From positions 33,165 through 97,164 of the forward strand of contig CAZMXN010000003.1 of NCBI GenBank assembly GCA_964570275.1: a stretch of DNA of 64,000 nt. The letters run 5' to 3'. The stretch comes from an uncultured Candidatus Saccharibacteria bacterium (lineage in GTDB: Bacteria; Patescibacteriota; Saccharimonadia; Saccharimonadales; CAZMXN01). The notes under the pieces were generated by a model that saw only the letters and a list, made by a program, of their open reading frames with translations, was not told the origin of the DNA and did no database searches. Of the stretch, positions 1 through 8,616 are shown one piece after another; positions within the stretch are counted from its first letter, which is position 1; the number at the start of each line of letters is the position of its first letter. Position numbers and translations under genes: made by a program.

Positions 1-2153
1 CGGGGTTGAATCCGGAGCAGCGGCGGGCGGTTGAAACGACCGAAGGCCCGCTGCTGATTCAAGCCGGCGCCGGTTCGGGCAAGACCAAAACGCTGACTCA
101 CCGGATCGCCTATATCATTGCGACTGGCCGGGCAACACCGTATAACATCCTGGCGGTGACTTTCACCAACAAAGCCGCCCGCGAAATGCGCGAACGCGTG
201 GCAGCGCTGCTCGGCGAAAACGCCGAGAACCGCAGTTTTATGCCGTACATGGGCACTTTTCACTCGATTTGCGTGCGCCTGCTGCGCCAGGACGGCGAGC
301 ATATAGCCGTGCCGCGCAACTTCGTGATTTTTGACGAGGGCGACCGGCTGGCGGCCATCAAACAAGTCAGCAAAGAATTGATGATTGACGAAAAAGCCTT
401 CCCGCCGCGCGTCCTCGCCGGACTGATCAGCAGCGCCAAGAATGAGCTGATGGATCACGTCCATTATCAGGGCATGGCCAACAGCCCGGCCGAGCGCGAA
501 GCGGCCAGAGTATTTCCGCTTTATGAGCGGGTTTTAAAAGAGGCCGGCGCGCTGGATTTCGACGACCTGATCGGCAAAGCTGTTACTTTGCTTGAAACCA
601 ATCCGGCCATTCGCGAAAAATGGCAGAGCCAGTTCAAATACATCATGATTGACGAGTATCAGGACACCAACTCGGCCCAGTATAAGCTGGTCAAGCTGCT
701 GACCGGTCCAACCCGCAACATCGCGGTCGTCGGTGATGATTGGCAAAGCATTTACTCATGGCGCGGCGCTGATTTCCGCAATATCCTGAACTTTGAGCGC
801 GATTATCCCGGCTGCACGGTCATCAAGCTCGAGCAAAACTATCGCAGCACCAAAGCCATCCTGGACGCCGCTCATGCCATCATCACCAAGAACCAGCAGC
901 GGTCCGACAAGCAGCTCTGGACCGACACCGGGGGCGGTTTGCCGGTGCAAATGGTTCAGGTCGGCAGCGAGCGGGCCGAGGGCGAAGCCATCATCCGCCG
1001 CATCCGTAACGGAGTTGACTCCGGCTTGCGCCGCTACAATCACTTTGCTGTCCTGTACCGGACCAACGCTCAGAGCCGCTCACTGGAGGAGGCCCTGATC
1101 CGCTACGGCGTGCCGTACCGGATTGTCGGCGGCCAGCGCTTCTATGACCGCAAAGAGATCAAGGACATCATGGCCTATCTGCGCTTTATTTATCAGCCGG
1201 CCGACCGGGTCAGCTTCGAGCGCATCGTCAACGTGCCGACCCGTGGCGTCGGTGCCAAGTCGCTCAGCAATTTCTACGTTTGGCAGCAGGCCGCCGGTTT
1301 GGGGCTGTATGAAGGTTTAGGCCGGGCCTCCGAGTGCGATGCCATTACGCCCCGGGCCCGCAAGGGCTTGACGGATCTGTACCAGCTGGTCGCCGCTTCC
1401 CGGGAATTGCTCGAAACCACGCCGCTGCCGGCTCTGCTCGACTCGCTGATCCGCCGGATTGATTATTACGCCTACCTCAGCGACGGCACGCCGCAAGGCG
1501 AGTCGCGAACCGAGAACGTCCGTGAACTGCTCAGCGTGGCCCGGTCGTATCAGGAGATGGGTCTGGAGGGATTTTTGGAAGAGGTGTCGCTGATCAGCGA
1601 TCTCGATTCGGCTGAGTTTGGCGGCAACGCCGTCACCCTCATGACGCTGCACGCCGCCAAAGGTCTGGAGTTCCCGGTGGTCTTTATGACGGGCATGGAG
1701 GAGTCGATTTTTCCGCACTCGCGCGCGCTGTACGATGCCCACGAAATGGAGGAAGAGCGCCGGCTGTGCTACGTCGGCATGACCCGGGCCCGCGAAGAGC
1801 TGTACATGATTTACGCGTCCGGCCGGATGCTTTACGGCGGCTTGCAGCACAATCCGCCCAGCCGGTTCCTGAGCGAAATCGACAGTGAATTTGAGCAAAG
1901 CAGCGCCGAGTTCAGCGGTAGCGGCGGCTTGCTTGGCTTTGGGTCACCCGGGTTCGACCCGCCTAAATCCGCCCGGCCGACAAGCGACGAGCCCAGGTAC
2001 GCGCCGGACCTTAACGAAGGCGACGGCGTCAAACACCAGGTGTTCGGCGTCGGCACGGTGCTGGAGCTTGACGGTGACAATGCCGTCATCTACTTCAAGG
2101 GCAAAGGCACCAAAAAGCTCAATGTCAGCTTCGCACCGCTGGAAAAACTTTGA
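1..2153 (+). CDS. uvrD: ATP-dependent DNA helicase UvrD/PcrA (5' end probably truncated by the window edge)
   Basis: The translated ORF has Walker A AGAGSGKT and the conserved superfamily-1 helicase motifs (TFTNKAAREM, VDEYQDTN, QNYRST, VLYRTN, GLEFPVV). A C-terminal UvrD/PcrA-type Tudor-like tail is present. The ORF starts at a TTG at nt 6, so the true start probably lies upstream of the window. Confidence 0.9.
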   Translation, partial: GLNPEQRRAVETTEGPLLIQAGAGSGKTKTLTHRIAYIIATGRATPYNILAVTFTNKAAREMRERVAALLGENAENRSFMPYMGTFHSICVRLLRQDGEHIAVPRNFVIFDEGDRLAAIKQVSKELMIDEKAFPPRVLAGLISSAKNELMDHVHYQGMANSPAEREAARVFPLYERVLKEAGALDFDDLIGKAVTLLETNPAIREKWQSQFKYIMIDEYQDTNSAQYKLVKLLTGPTRNIAVVGDDWQSIYSWRGADFRNILNFERDYPGCTVIKLEQNYRSTKAILDAAHAIITKNQQRSDKQLWTDTGGGLPVQMVQVGSERAEGEAIIRRIRNGVDSGLRRYNHFAVLYRTNAQSRSLEEALIRYGVPYRIVGGQRFYDRKEIKDIMAYLRFIYQPADRVSFERIVNVPTRGVGAKSLSNFYVWQQAAGLGLYEGLGRASECDAITPRARKGLTDLYQLVAASRELLETTPLPALLDSLIRRIDYYAYLSDGTPQGESRTENVRELLSVARSYQEMGLEGFLEEVSLISDLDSAEFGGNAVTLMTLHAAKGLEFPVVFMTGMEESIFPHSRALYDAHEMEEERRLCYVGMTRAREELYMIYASGRMLYGGLQHNPPSRFLSEIDSEFEQSSAEFSGSGGLLGFGSPGFDPPKSARPTSDEPRYAPDLNEGDGVKHQVFGVGTVLELDGDNAVIYFKGKGTKKLNVSFAPLEKL

Positions 2154-2238
2154 CCTATGCCTGAGACTAACGGCTGGCGACCTGTAAACCCGGCTCGTTA
2201 CCGGCCGGAACGATCTCTGTTGCTGTACAATAGGGACA

Positions 2239-2703
2239 GTGAAAAAGCTTTGGGTTAAATTCGGCGTGGCGGCGTTTTGGCTGAGTTGGCCGCTGTTATT
2301 CATTTATCTGTTTCGCAGCCGCCGGACCCGCATACTGGTGGTCTCCGGCAACAAGGTGCTGGTACTTAAGAACTGGCTGAGCAATGGCGGTTGGATTTTG
2401 CCGGGCGGGGGATTGCATGGCGGCGAGGAGCCGCGGGCCGGCGCGGCCCGGGAGTTGCTGGAGGAGACCGGCATCAAAATCGTCCCCGAACAGCTTAAGG
2501 AGCTCAACACCGGCCGCTTCACCCACGGCGGTCTGCGGTTTACTTATCACTCTTTCGTCGTTGAGCTGAGTGAATCGCTGCCGCCTAAACCCCAGCGTTT
2601 CGAAGTGGTGCTGGCCACCTGGATGGACTGGCGGGAGTTACTGGCCGACAAGCGAGTCTCGCCGGAAGCCCGCCAGATTCTGGAGAGCTGGTTTGCGGCT
2701 TGA
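2239..2703 (+). CDS. NUDIX hydrolase
   Basis: A Nudix box is present, GGLHGGEEPRAGAARELLEETGI, matching GX5EX7REUXEEXGU. It is preceded by an N-terminal hydrophobic segment. Confidence 0.8.
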   Translation: MKKLWVKFGVAAFWLSWPLLFIYLFRSRRTRILVVSGNKVLVLKNWLSNGGWILPGGGLHGGEEPRAGAARELLEETGIKIVPEQLKELNTGRFTHGGLRFTYHSFVVELSESLPPKPQRFEVVLATWMDWRELLADKRVSPEARQILESWFAA

Positions 2704-2931
2704 GCCCGCTGCTCTGTCATCAAGGTCAAAAATGAAGCGACACGCCCACTTAAACGTTCGACGATGTTATAATAAAGAGTTGTCCGGGAGGCGAAAGCTG
2801 CGATCTCAATACCTAGTAATAACCCGCCTTGGACAGCGAATATATGGCGATATGAACACCAGGCATAATTTTTCGGAATCTCCGCTCAAAAACGGCGGCC
2901 GGCAAGCACTGCTGGCAGGGAGGAGTTTGAT

Positions 2932-4173
2932 ATGAGCGCCAAGGGCCGGCAGGCGTCCAAGCGCAACTTTTTAGATCGGCTAAGGCCCCGGTTTGATTTC
3001 GCCTACCACCCCTTCGTTCTGCCGGTGGTGCTATTTTTTGCCCTGCTCATTTTAAGCAGCATGGCGTTCGTGCACTTGAGCGGCGAGACCATCGGCGCGG
3101 CCGACTCCCGCGTAGTCCGCTTTAGCCTGGACGGTGAAACCCGGTCGCTGCCGACCCGGGCGGCCACGGTCGGCGAGCTGCTGGAGCGCCTGGAAGTGGA
3201 GCTCACCGAACACGACATCGTCGAGCCGGCGCTGGACACACCGATTATCGAAAACGATTTTGTCGTCAACGTCTACAAAGCCAAGCCGGTTACGGTTATT
3301 GACGAGGAGAACAACCGGCGGGTGACACTGTTGTCGGCCCACCCGACACCCCGGCTGATCGCTGAAAACGCCGGGCTGAAGCTCTTCCCGGAGGATCGGG
3401 TCGAAGTGGAGTTGCCGGAAGACAATCTGAAAGAAGGCGTACTGGGTCCGCAAGTGGTGGTGGACCGGGCCGAGACCGTTTACGTCAACCTTTACGGCAA
3501 CCCCATAACGTTCAGAACCCACGCCAAAACGGTCCGGGAAGTGCTTGAGGAGAAAGACATCAAGCCCCTGCCGGACGACACCATTGAGCCGGACCTGGAC
3601 GTGGCGATCGGCCGCAACGCCCGCATCTTTGTCATTCCGGTCGGCAAAGAAATCATCAGCCGCGAAGAAGAAATACCGGCCCCGGTGGAGACGGTCAATG
3701 ATCCTAATCTGCCGATGGGGACAGTCGAGGTCAGGGAAGAAGGCTCGCCCGGCCGCCGGCTGGTCACCCGCATTGTCGATAAGGGTGATCCGGGGGACGT
3801 TTCGCAGACCATTCAGTCGGTTGTGGCCGTCGAGCCGGTCGCCAGAGTGGTGGTGCGCGGCACCAAGGTGGTTTACAGCAACCCGTCGGATAATGTCGAG
3901 TTAGGCCGGCAAATCGCCGCCGACTTAGGCTATTCTGACCAGTTCAGCTGCATCTACAATATATTCCAGCGCGAGTCCAAGTGGAGTCACACGGCTCACA
4001 ACCGCAGCTCCGGCGCTTACGGTATCCCGCAGGCACTGCCCGGCAGCAAGATGGGTCCGGGCTGGCAGCACGACGCGGCTGTCCAGATACGGTGGGGGAT
4101 CAACTACATGGTCAACCGCTACGGCAGCCCCTGCGCCGCCCAGCGCTTCTGGGAAGTCAACCACTGGTACTAA
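2932..4173 (+). CDS. Membrane-anchored cell-wall hydrolase with DUF348 repeats, a G5 domain and a C-terminal Rpf/transglycosylase-like domain (RpfB/YabE-like architecture)
   Basis: There is an N-terminal TM helix. It is followed by repeated DUF348-like segments (VRFSLDGETRSL..., VNVYKAKPVTVIDEENN..., VYVNLYGNPITFRTHAKT...). A G5-like segment (MGTVEVREEGSPGRRLVTRIVDKGD) comes next. The C-terminus reads ESKWSHTAHNRSSGAYGIPQALPGS, resembling the Rpf-type lysozyme-like fold (catalytic Glu followed by a GxYGxxQ motif). Confidence 0.55.
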   Translation: MSAKGRQASKRNFLDRLRPRFDFAYHPFVLPVVLFFALLILSSMAFVHLSGETIGAADSRVVRFSLDGETRSLPTRAATVGELLERLEVELTEHDIVEPALDTPIIENDFVVNVYKAKPVTVIDEENNRRVTLLSAHPTPRLIAENAGLKLFPEDRVEVELPEDNLKEGVLGPQVVVDRAETVYVNLYGNPITFRTHAKTVREVLEEKDIKPLPDDTIEPDLDVAIGRNARIFVIPVGKEIISREEEIPAPVETVNDPNLPMGTVEVREEGSPGRRLVTRIVDKGDPGDVSQTIQSVVAVEPVARVVVRGTKVVYSNPSDNVELGRQIAADLGYSDQFSCIYNIFQRESKWSHTAHNRSSGAYGIPQALPGSKMGPGWQHDAAVQIRWGINYMVNRYGSPCAAQRFWEVNHWY

Positions 4174-4261
4174 ACCCCGAAGCATTAACTGATCCGAATT
4201 ACCGCTTTTAAAGCGAGCTTTTTCGCGTTCCCATCGCCCCGGCTTTTGCTACACTGATTGT

Positions 4262-4684
4262 ATGATTACGCAGTTTGACGGCTATAACTACATCGTGCGG
4301 CTCGACAAAGGCGAGAAGCTGGTTGAGCAACTGACCCGTTTCGTCGTTGACAATCAGCTTACCGGCGGTTGGGTATTGGCCCTGGGCGGCCTCGCTTGGG
4401 CGGAGCTCGGCTTTTATGACCTGTCAGCTCAGCAGTATGAATGGCAGCGGCTGGACGAACTGCTGGAGTTGACCTCGCTGCAGGGCAACATCGCCTGGCA
4501 GGATGGCAAACCGGTACTGCATCTGCACGCTACGGTCAGTGATGCCTCGATGCATGCGCGGGGCGGGCACCTAAGAGAGGCCGAAGTTGCCGGCACGCTG
4601 GAGGTATTCGTTCATGTCTGGAACAAGGGCGAATTGAAGCGCGCCCCGGACGCCGAAGTCGGGTTGAGCACCCTGGATTTATGA
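4262..4684 (+). CDS. PPC (DUF296) domain protein
   Basis: The size (140 aa) and motifs (GGWVLALGGLAWAELGF..., LHLHATVSD, LEVFVHV) match the PPC/DUF296 fold. Its stop overlaps the rsmA start. Confidence 0.55.
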   Translation: MITQFDGYNYIVRLDKGEKLVEQLTRFVVDNQLTGGWVLALGGLAWAELGFYDLSAQQYEWQRLDELLELTSLQGNIAWQDGKPVLHLHATVSDASMHARGGHLREAEVAGTLEVFVHVWNKGELKRAPDAEVGLSTLDL

Positions 4685-5514
4685 GCGAACTGCCTTGGGC
4701 GAAGAAGAGCCTGGGACAGCACTGGCTGGAAGATACGGCCACCCTGGTCGCCATGTGCGAAGCCGCCGAGTTGGGACCTAAGGACACGGTGCTGGAGATC
4801 GGACCGGGCGTCGGCACGCTGACCCGCGAGCTGGTGCAGCGGGCGGACAGAGTTATCGCCGTTGAGTTTGACGAATCGCTGGCAAAAACGCTGCCGCTGA
4901 CTGTGCAGGCAACCAATCTTGAAGTTGTCCACGCCGATATTTTAAGTTTTGACCTCTCAAAGCTGCCGCCGGGCTATAAAGTGGCCGCCAACATCCCCTA
5001 TTATCTGACCAGCAAGTTGCTGCGCCGCCTGAGCGAAGCGGCCAACCCGCCTGAGGTTATGGCGTTGTTGGTCCAAAAAGAGGTCGCTGAGCGGATTGCG
5101 GCGCTGCCCGGTGACCTGTCGCTGCTGGGTGTCAGCGTCCAGTATTTCTACGAAGCGGTGCTTGGGCCGGTGGTGCCGGCAATATTGTTTACGCCGCCGC
5201 CAAAGGTCGATTCCCAAATTGTCAAGCTGACCCGTCATCAAAAGCCGCTCTTCGCTGACGTCAACGAGCAGCTGTTTTTCCGTCTGGTCAAAGCCGGCTT
5301 CAGCGCCCGCCGCAAGAAACTGCGCAGTTCCTTAAGCGGCGGACTCGGCATCAGCAAAAAGGAAGCTGTGGGTCTGTTGGAAAAGGCCTACATCGACCCC
5401 GACCTGCGTGCCCAGGCGCTGTCACTGGAGCAGTGGTACATGCTCTATCAGCAGGCCAGGTTACTGGGCATTTTCGACCCGCCAACCGCGCTGCCAAGTA
5501 TTGACAAAACATAA
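4681..5514 (+). CDS. rsmA: 16S rRNA (adenine1518/1519-N6)-dimethyltransferase RsmA/KsgA
   Basis: The KsgA signature KKSLGQHWL is present, with SAM-binding motif LEIGPGVGTLT and NIPYYLTS (the NxPY catalytic motif). Length is 277 aa. Confidence 0.9.
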   Translation: MSELPWAKKSLGQHWLEDTATLVAMCEAAELGPKDTVLEIGPGVGTLTRELVQRADRVIAVEFDESLAKTLPLTVQATNLEVVHADILSFDLSKLPPGYKVAANIPYYLTSKLLRRLSEAANPPEVMALLVQKEVAERIAALPGDLSLLGVSVQYFYEAVLGPVVPAILFTPPPKVDSQIVKLTRHQKPLFADVNEQLFFRLVKAGFSARRKKLRSSLSGGLGISKKEAVGLLEKAYIDPDLRAQALSLEQWYMLYQQARLLGIFDPPTALPSIDKT

Positions 5515-5614
5515 ACGCTTGTGCTATAGTAATGCTACGCCTCACGAGAGGCGTACAACCGTAATTAACAATTATTTCCGTCACTGTGACATTTGATATT
5601 GGTCAAGTATTACA

Positions 5615-6006
5615 GGGGCTGAAATTATGCTCGACGTTGTACCTTATCGGTTAGATCAGCAGGTCGCTTGTCAGCGTTATAGGCAAAAATTGTAAATGCA
5701 AACGTATTTACTCGCGTAAAGAACGCAGTTGCTAGTGCTTTTGCACTGCCTCAGCTTTCTTTCGCAACAGTTCGAGTTTAATTACTTCGAACCGCGCCTG
5801 ACAGGACATCAGATACTGCCATCGCGCGCCATATCATCTGGTTGCGTCTGGTAACCGATCCGTAGCCGGACTATAGACAAACGGATCAACCTGCAAAACC
5901 TTTTGGCCGTTTCATATGTTTTGCAGTAATTCAAACGACCTAAACCTGTAGACGACTAACCAAGATAAGACTTCGGACGCGGGGGCAGTACCCGCCAGCT
6001 CCACCA
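5615..6006 (+). ncRNA. ssrA: tmRNA (ssrA), about 392 nt
   Basis: The 5' end GGGGCTGAAATTATGCTCGACG and 3' end GGACGCGGGGGCAGTACCCGCCAGCTCCACCA closely match the canonical enterobacterial tmRNA termini as I recall them (GGGGCUGAUUCUGGAUUCGACG ... GGACGCGGGUUCAACUCCCGCCAGCUCCACCA). The 7-bp acceptor stem GGGGCUG/CAGCUCC includes the G3:U wobble that is the alanine identity element, followed by ACCA. An A-rich GGCAAAAATTGTAAAT precedes a candidate resume codon GCA at 5698, resembling the E. coli pre-resume context. Confidence 0.8.
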
Positions 6007-6050
6007 TTCTACTTCGCTAAAGCTTCGTAGAATTTTAGTTCAATATAATG

Positions 6051-6083
6051 TCCTCCATAGCTTCAGCACCGGAGGGCTTTTTT
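6051..6083 (+). terminator. Rho-independent terminator-like hairpin plus T-run downstream of ssrA
   Basis: The sequence is TCCTCC-(14 nt loop)-GGAGGG followed by CTTTTTT. The loop is long, so confidence is moderate. Confidence 0.4.
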
Positions 6084-6108
6084 CTTGGTTTATAGCCTGT
6101 AGACTAGA

Positions 6109-6183
6109 CATTCCAGGGTCGGACCCTGGAAATAGGGAAATTGTGGTGTAATAAGTTTTTGAAGTTGGCTTGTCGGGGTTACA
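6109..6183 (+). repeat. Direct repeat copy A (about 75-85 nt) containing the perfect palindrome CCAGGGTC-G-GACCCTGG
   Basis: CATTCCAGGGTCGGACCCTGGAAATAGGGAAATTGTGGTGTAATAAGTTTTTGAAGTTGGCTTG...TCGGGGTT recurs at 7414-7497 in the same orientation at about 85% identity. Copy A sits 13 nt downstream of the stop of the 6196..6735 gene. Confidence 0.6.
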
Positions 6184-6195
6184 TTGTGTCTTGGG

Positions 6196-6735
6196 TTAAA
6201 AAATCCGCCAGACGGCGAAACTGATGCTCAGGAGGACGACGACCGAGGCGACGATGTTAGCAGCCGGGATGAGGATATCGTCGCCGTTGATTCGCTTTTG
6301 TTCGAGCGACTTGTTGAGCAGCAGGCTGCCGAGCAGGGTTACCAGCACCACCAGGGCAAAAATGGCGAAAATCAAAGCACTATAGCGGTAAATAAACACG
6401 CGGGTTAGCTCAAAATCCTGCAGCCAGGCCAGAAACAGACTCAGTCCGGCGACACCGAGCGTATTAATTGGGACGACTAAAAGCAGTGTCAGGTAAAGTT
6501 TGCGTCTGGCTTCCGGCGAAGTTTCCGGATCGCTGAGGTGCGCCGTGATTATAGAAGCCAGGTCGCCGGACATGGCGCCCAAGACCGGCAAAGCCAATAG
6601 CAGTGGCGTGACTGGCAGCAGATCCTTATGAACATATTGCAACCAGATGCCGCCAATCAGTCCTATCGAAGCGCCAACCACACTGGTGCGGATTGAAGCA
6701 AGCACGCTGCCGTGAGGCATTGGCAGGTGTTTCAC
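6196..6735 (-). CDS. MgtE-like integral membrane domain protein (second of a pair)
   Basis: This is a 179-aa polytopic membrane protein with motif LASIITAHLSDPE, resembling the MgtE TM-domain ASRLSTxLH segment. It overlaps the upstream paralog by 4 nt. Confidence 0.45.
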   Translation of the reverse strand: MKHLPMPHGSVLASIRTSVVGASIGLIGGIWLQYVHKDLLPVTPLLLALPVLGAMSGDLASIITAHLSDPETSPEARRKLYLTLLLVVPINTLGVAGLSLFLAWLQDFELTRVFIYRYSALIFAIFALVVLVTLLGSLLLNKSLEQKRINGDDILIPAANIVASVVVLLSISFAVWRIF

Positions 6736-7370
6736 GACATTACCCGCGATACCAGCACAATGGCCACCAGCGTAAAGGTGTGGAAGATGGTTGTCTCAAT
6801 CGGCGGGGCTACGTCATCGGGGTTGGCCCGGAGTCGGCGGGCCAGGAACATAACGCCTGTCATGAACGGAAAGCCGACCAGACCGGTTATCCCGCCGACG
6901 GCCACAGCCAGGGTTAACGTGCGGAGAAAGCCGGCCTCGAACAGGAACACGCCGATTATACCGGCCAGGCTACCAATGCAGGCGCTGGCGGCGAGCGCTA
7001 CGATCAGAGATTTCAAGACCGCCAGACACACGGCTTTGATTTTTGAACCTTCGATAGTATCAATCTCATGATGCAGGCTGGCCGTTAAGACGGCAGCGCT
7101 GGATGACAGCAGCTCGGCCAGCACCGGATAGAGCAGGAAGGTCGTGCCGACCAGCAGCAGGGCGGATTGATTCTGGCTGATATAGACACCAACGCCCATG
7201 GTAATAACCAGCGTAAATAACTGCCCCAGCATGATCTGTTTGGGGCTGACGTCGTGCAGCCGGCGTTTTTGAGCGTACAGGGTGCGCCAGTACGCGCTCC
7301 AGCTCTCGACATGGCTCAGCGGCACTTTGTCAATGTTAGTAATATCAGTAGTGTCTGTGTTAACCGGCAT
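6732..7370 (-). CDS. MgtE-like integral membrane domain protein (first of a pair)
   Basis: This is a 212-aa polytopic membrane protein with motif AVLTASLHHEID, resembling the MgtE TM domain. Tandem split MgtE-domain pairs are known in some bacteria and archaea. Confidence 0.45.
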   Translation of the reverse strand: MPVNTDTTDITNIDKVPLSHVESWSAYWRTLYAQKRRLHDVSPKQIMLGQLFTLVITMGVGVYISQNQSALLLVGTTFLLYPVLAELLSSSAAVLTASLHHEIDTIEGSKIKAVCLAVLKSLIVALAASACIGSLAGIIGVFLFEAGFLRTLTLAVAVGGITGLVGFPFMTGVMFLARRLRANPDDVAPPIETTIFHTFTLVAIVLVSRVMS

Positions 7371-7413
7371 AAATTTTGTCTTATCATACCACCCCCTCCC
7401 CTCCTACAGAAAC

Positions 7414-7497
7414 CATTCCAGGGTCGGACCCTGGAAATGAGGAAAATGTGGTGTAGTAGGTTTTTGTGGAGGCTTGGCAGGGCGTTGTTCGGGGTTT
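7414..7497 (+). repeat. Direct repeat copy B with the same palindrome CCAGGGTCGGACCCTGG
   Basis: This is a near-identical copy of 6109-6183. It begins 44 nt upstream of the start codon of the 6732..7370 gene, in its promoter region. Confidence 0.6.
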
Positions 7498-7504
7498 ATA
7501 TTTT

Positions 7505-7600
7505 GAGTTGTTGATTTGTTATCTTGCCTGGGGGTGACTATTTGCCTAGGGGCGTATATTTGTCTGGGAGGTATATTTGTCTGGGGTTTGTATTTCGCTT
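7505..7600 (+). repeat. Degenerate short tandem repeats (about 16-19 nt unit, about 5 copies) in a divergent intergenic region
   Basis: The units are TTGCCTGGGGGTGAC, TATTTGCCTAGGGGCG, TATATTTGTCTGGGAGG, TATATTTGTCTGGGGTTTG and TATTTCGCTTAGGGTTTAC. They share the core TATTTGYCTRGGG. Confidence 0.4.
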
Positions 7601-7653
7601 AGGGTTTACTTTTCAGCGGGGGCGGGTCAAAATCAATAGCATTATGCAGGGTA

Positions 7654-8415
7654 ATGTCAAAGAGGGAGCAAATGAGCAGTAAAGGCCGACTTAACCTAAG
7701 TCTTGATTTTCGGTTAATAACTATAATTCTGTTGGTTGTGATCGCGGCCATGCTGGCCCTGTGGCGGCCGTGGTCGGATGGCGGTGTTTCCGACCGCACT
7801 ATTGAGGTTACGGGTGAAGCGACGGTGTCCGCCGTGCCGGACGAGTATGTCTTTTATCCGGTGTATCAGTTCCGGCATGAGGATCAGCAGGCGGCGATTG
7901 ATGAGATGAGCGCCAAAAGCGACGAGCTGGTGGCTGACCTTGAGGAGCTGGGCGTAAGCGAAAACCAGATCAAGACTTCGGCTAACGGCTACGACCGGGG
8001 CGTGACGTTTCCGGAAGCAGACGGCGATACGCGCACTACCTACACGCTGACACTGACCGTTACGGTTAGTGATTCCGAGATGGCGCAGAAGGTTCAGGAC
8101 TATCTGACCGGCACCGGACCGACCGGCGCAGTCTCACCCCAGGCAACATTCAGCGATGACCGGCGCAAAGAGCTGGAGGCGCAGGCCCGGGACGAGGCGA
8201 CCAAAGACGCCCGCGCCAAGGCTGACCAGTCGGCCGCTAATCTTGGCTTTAAAGTCGGCAGCGTTAAGTCGGTAACCGACGGCGCCGGTTTCGGTGGCGT
8301 CCAACCGCTGATCGGCCGGGCCGAAATCGCCAGCGATTCATCGGCTCGCCTTGAGGTACGTCCCGGCGAGCAGGAGCTGAACTACACGGTTACCGTGACT
8401 TACTACGTTCGATAA
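7654..8415 (+). CDS. SIMPL/DUF541 family periplasmic protein (BP26/OMP28-like)
   Basis: There is an N-terminal TM/signal. The segments IEVTGEATVSAVPDEYVF..., TYTLTLTVTV..., ELEAQARDEATKDARAKADQSAANLGFKVGSVKSV and LNYTVTVTYYV match the SIMPL domain pattern. Confidence 0.65.
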   Translation: MSKREQMSSKGRLNLSLDFRLITIILLVVIAAMLALWRPWSDGGVSDRTIEVTGEATVSAVPDEYVFYPVYQFRHEDQQAAIDEMSAKSDELVADLEELGVSENQIKTSANGYDRGVTFPEADGDTRTTYTLTLTVTVSDSEMAQKVQDYLTGTGPTGAVSPQATFSDDRRKELEAQARDEATKDARAKADQSAANLGFKVGSVKSVTDGAGFGGVQPLIGRAEIASDSSARLEVRPGEQELNYTVTVTYYVR

Positions 8416-8616
8416 GCAGCTGATACGGGTCATCCGGCAATGGCGTTTCCTCATAACCGCCCTGCAGGGCGATGTGGCCGGCCGGAATAGTCAGCCGGTT
8501 GGCGGCTTCCTGAGTGGCGGGCGGCCGCGGCCCGGTGTCAAAATCGGGGTTAGTACTTCGAGGTGATTCATCCATAACGCGCTGCTCTACATTCCTAAGT
8601 TATATAATAGCAAGAT

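Noticed and set aside
4174-4261. CGCTTTTAAAGCG plus a T-run after the G5/Rpf-like gene, considered as a terminator
   Set aside because: The palindrome has essentially no loop, which is sterically implausible, so only a short 4-bp stem is possible. It is too weak to call.
5515-5614. Hairpin ACGCCTC-ACGA-GAGGCGT downstream of rsmA, considered as a terminator
   Set aside because: It has a 7-bp stem with a tetraloop but no following U-tract. It is left unannotated as a terminator and may be part of the ssrA promoter/leader.
8390-8575. 61-aa minus-strand ORF between the SIMPL gene and rarA
   Set aside because: It overlaps the 3' end of the SIMPL gene and has Pro-rich composition with no motif. 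It is most likely spurious and is kept out of the feature list.
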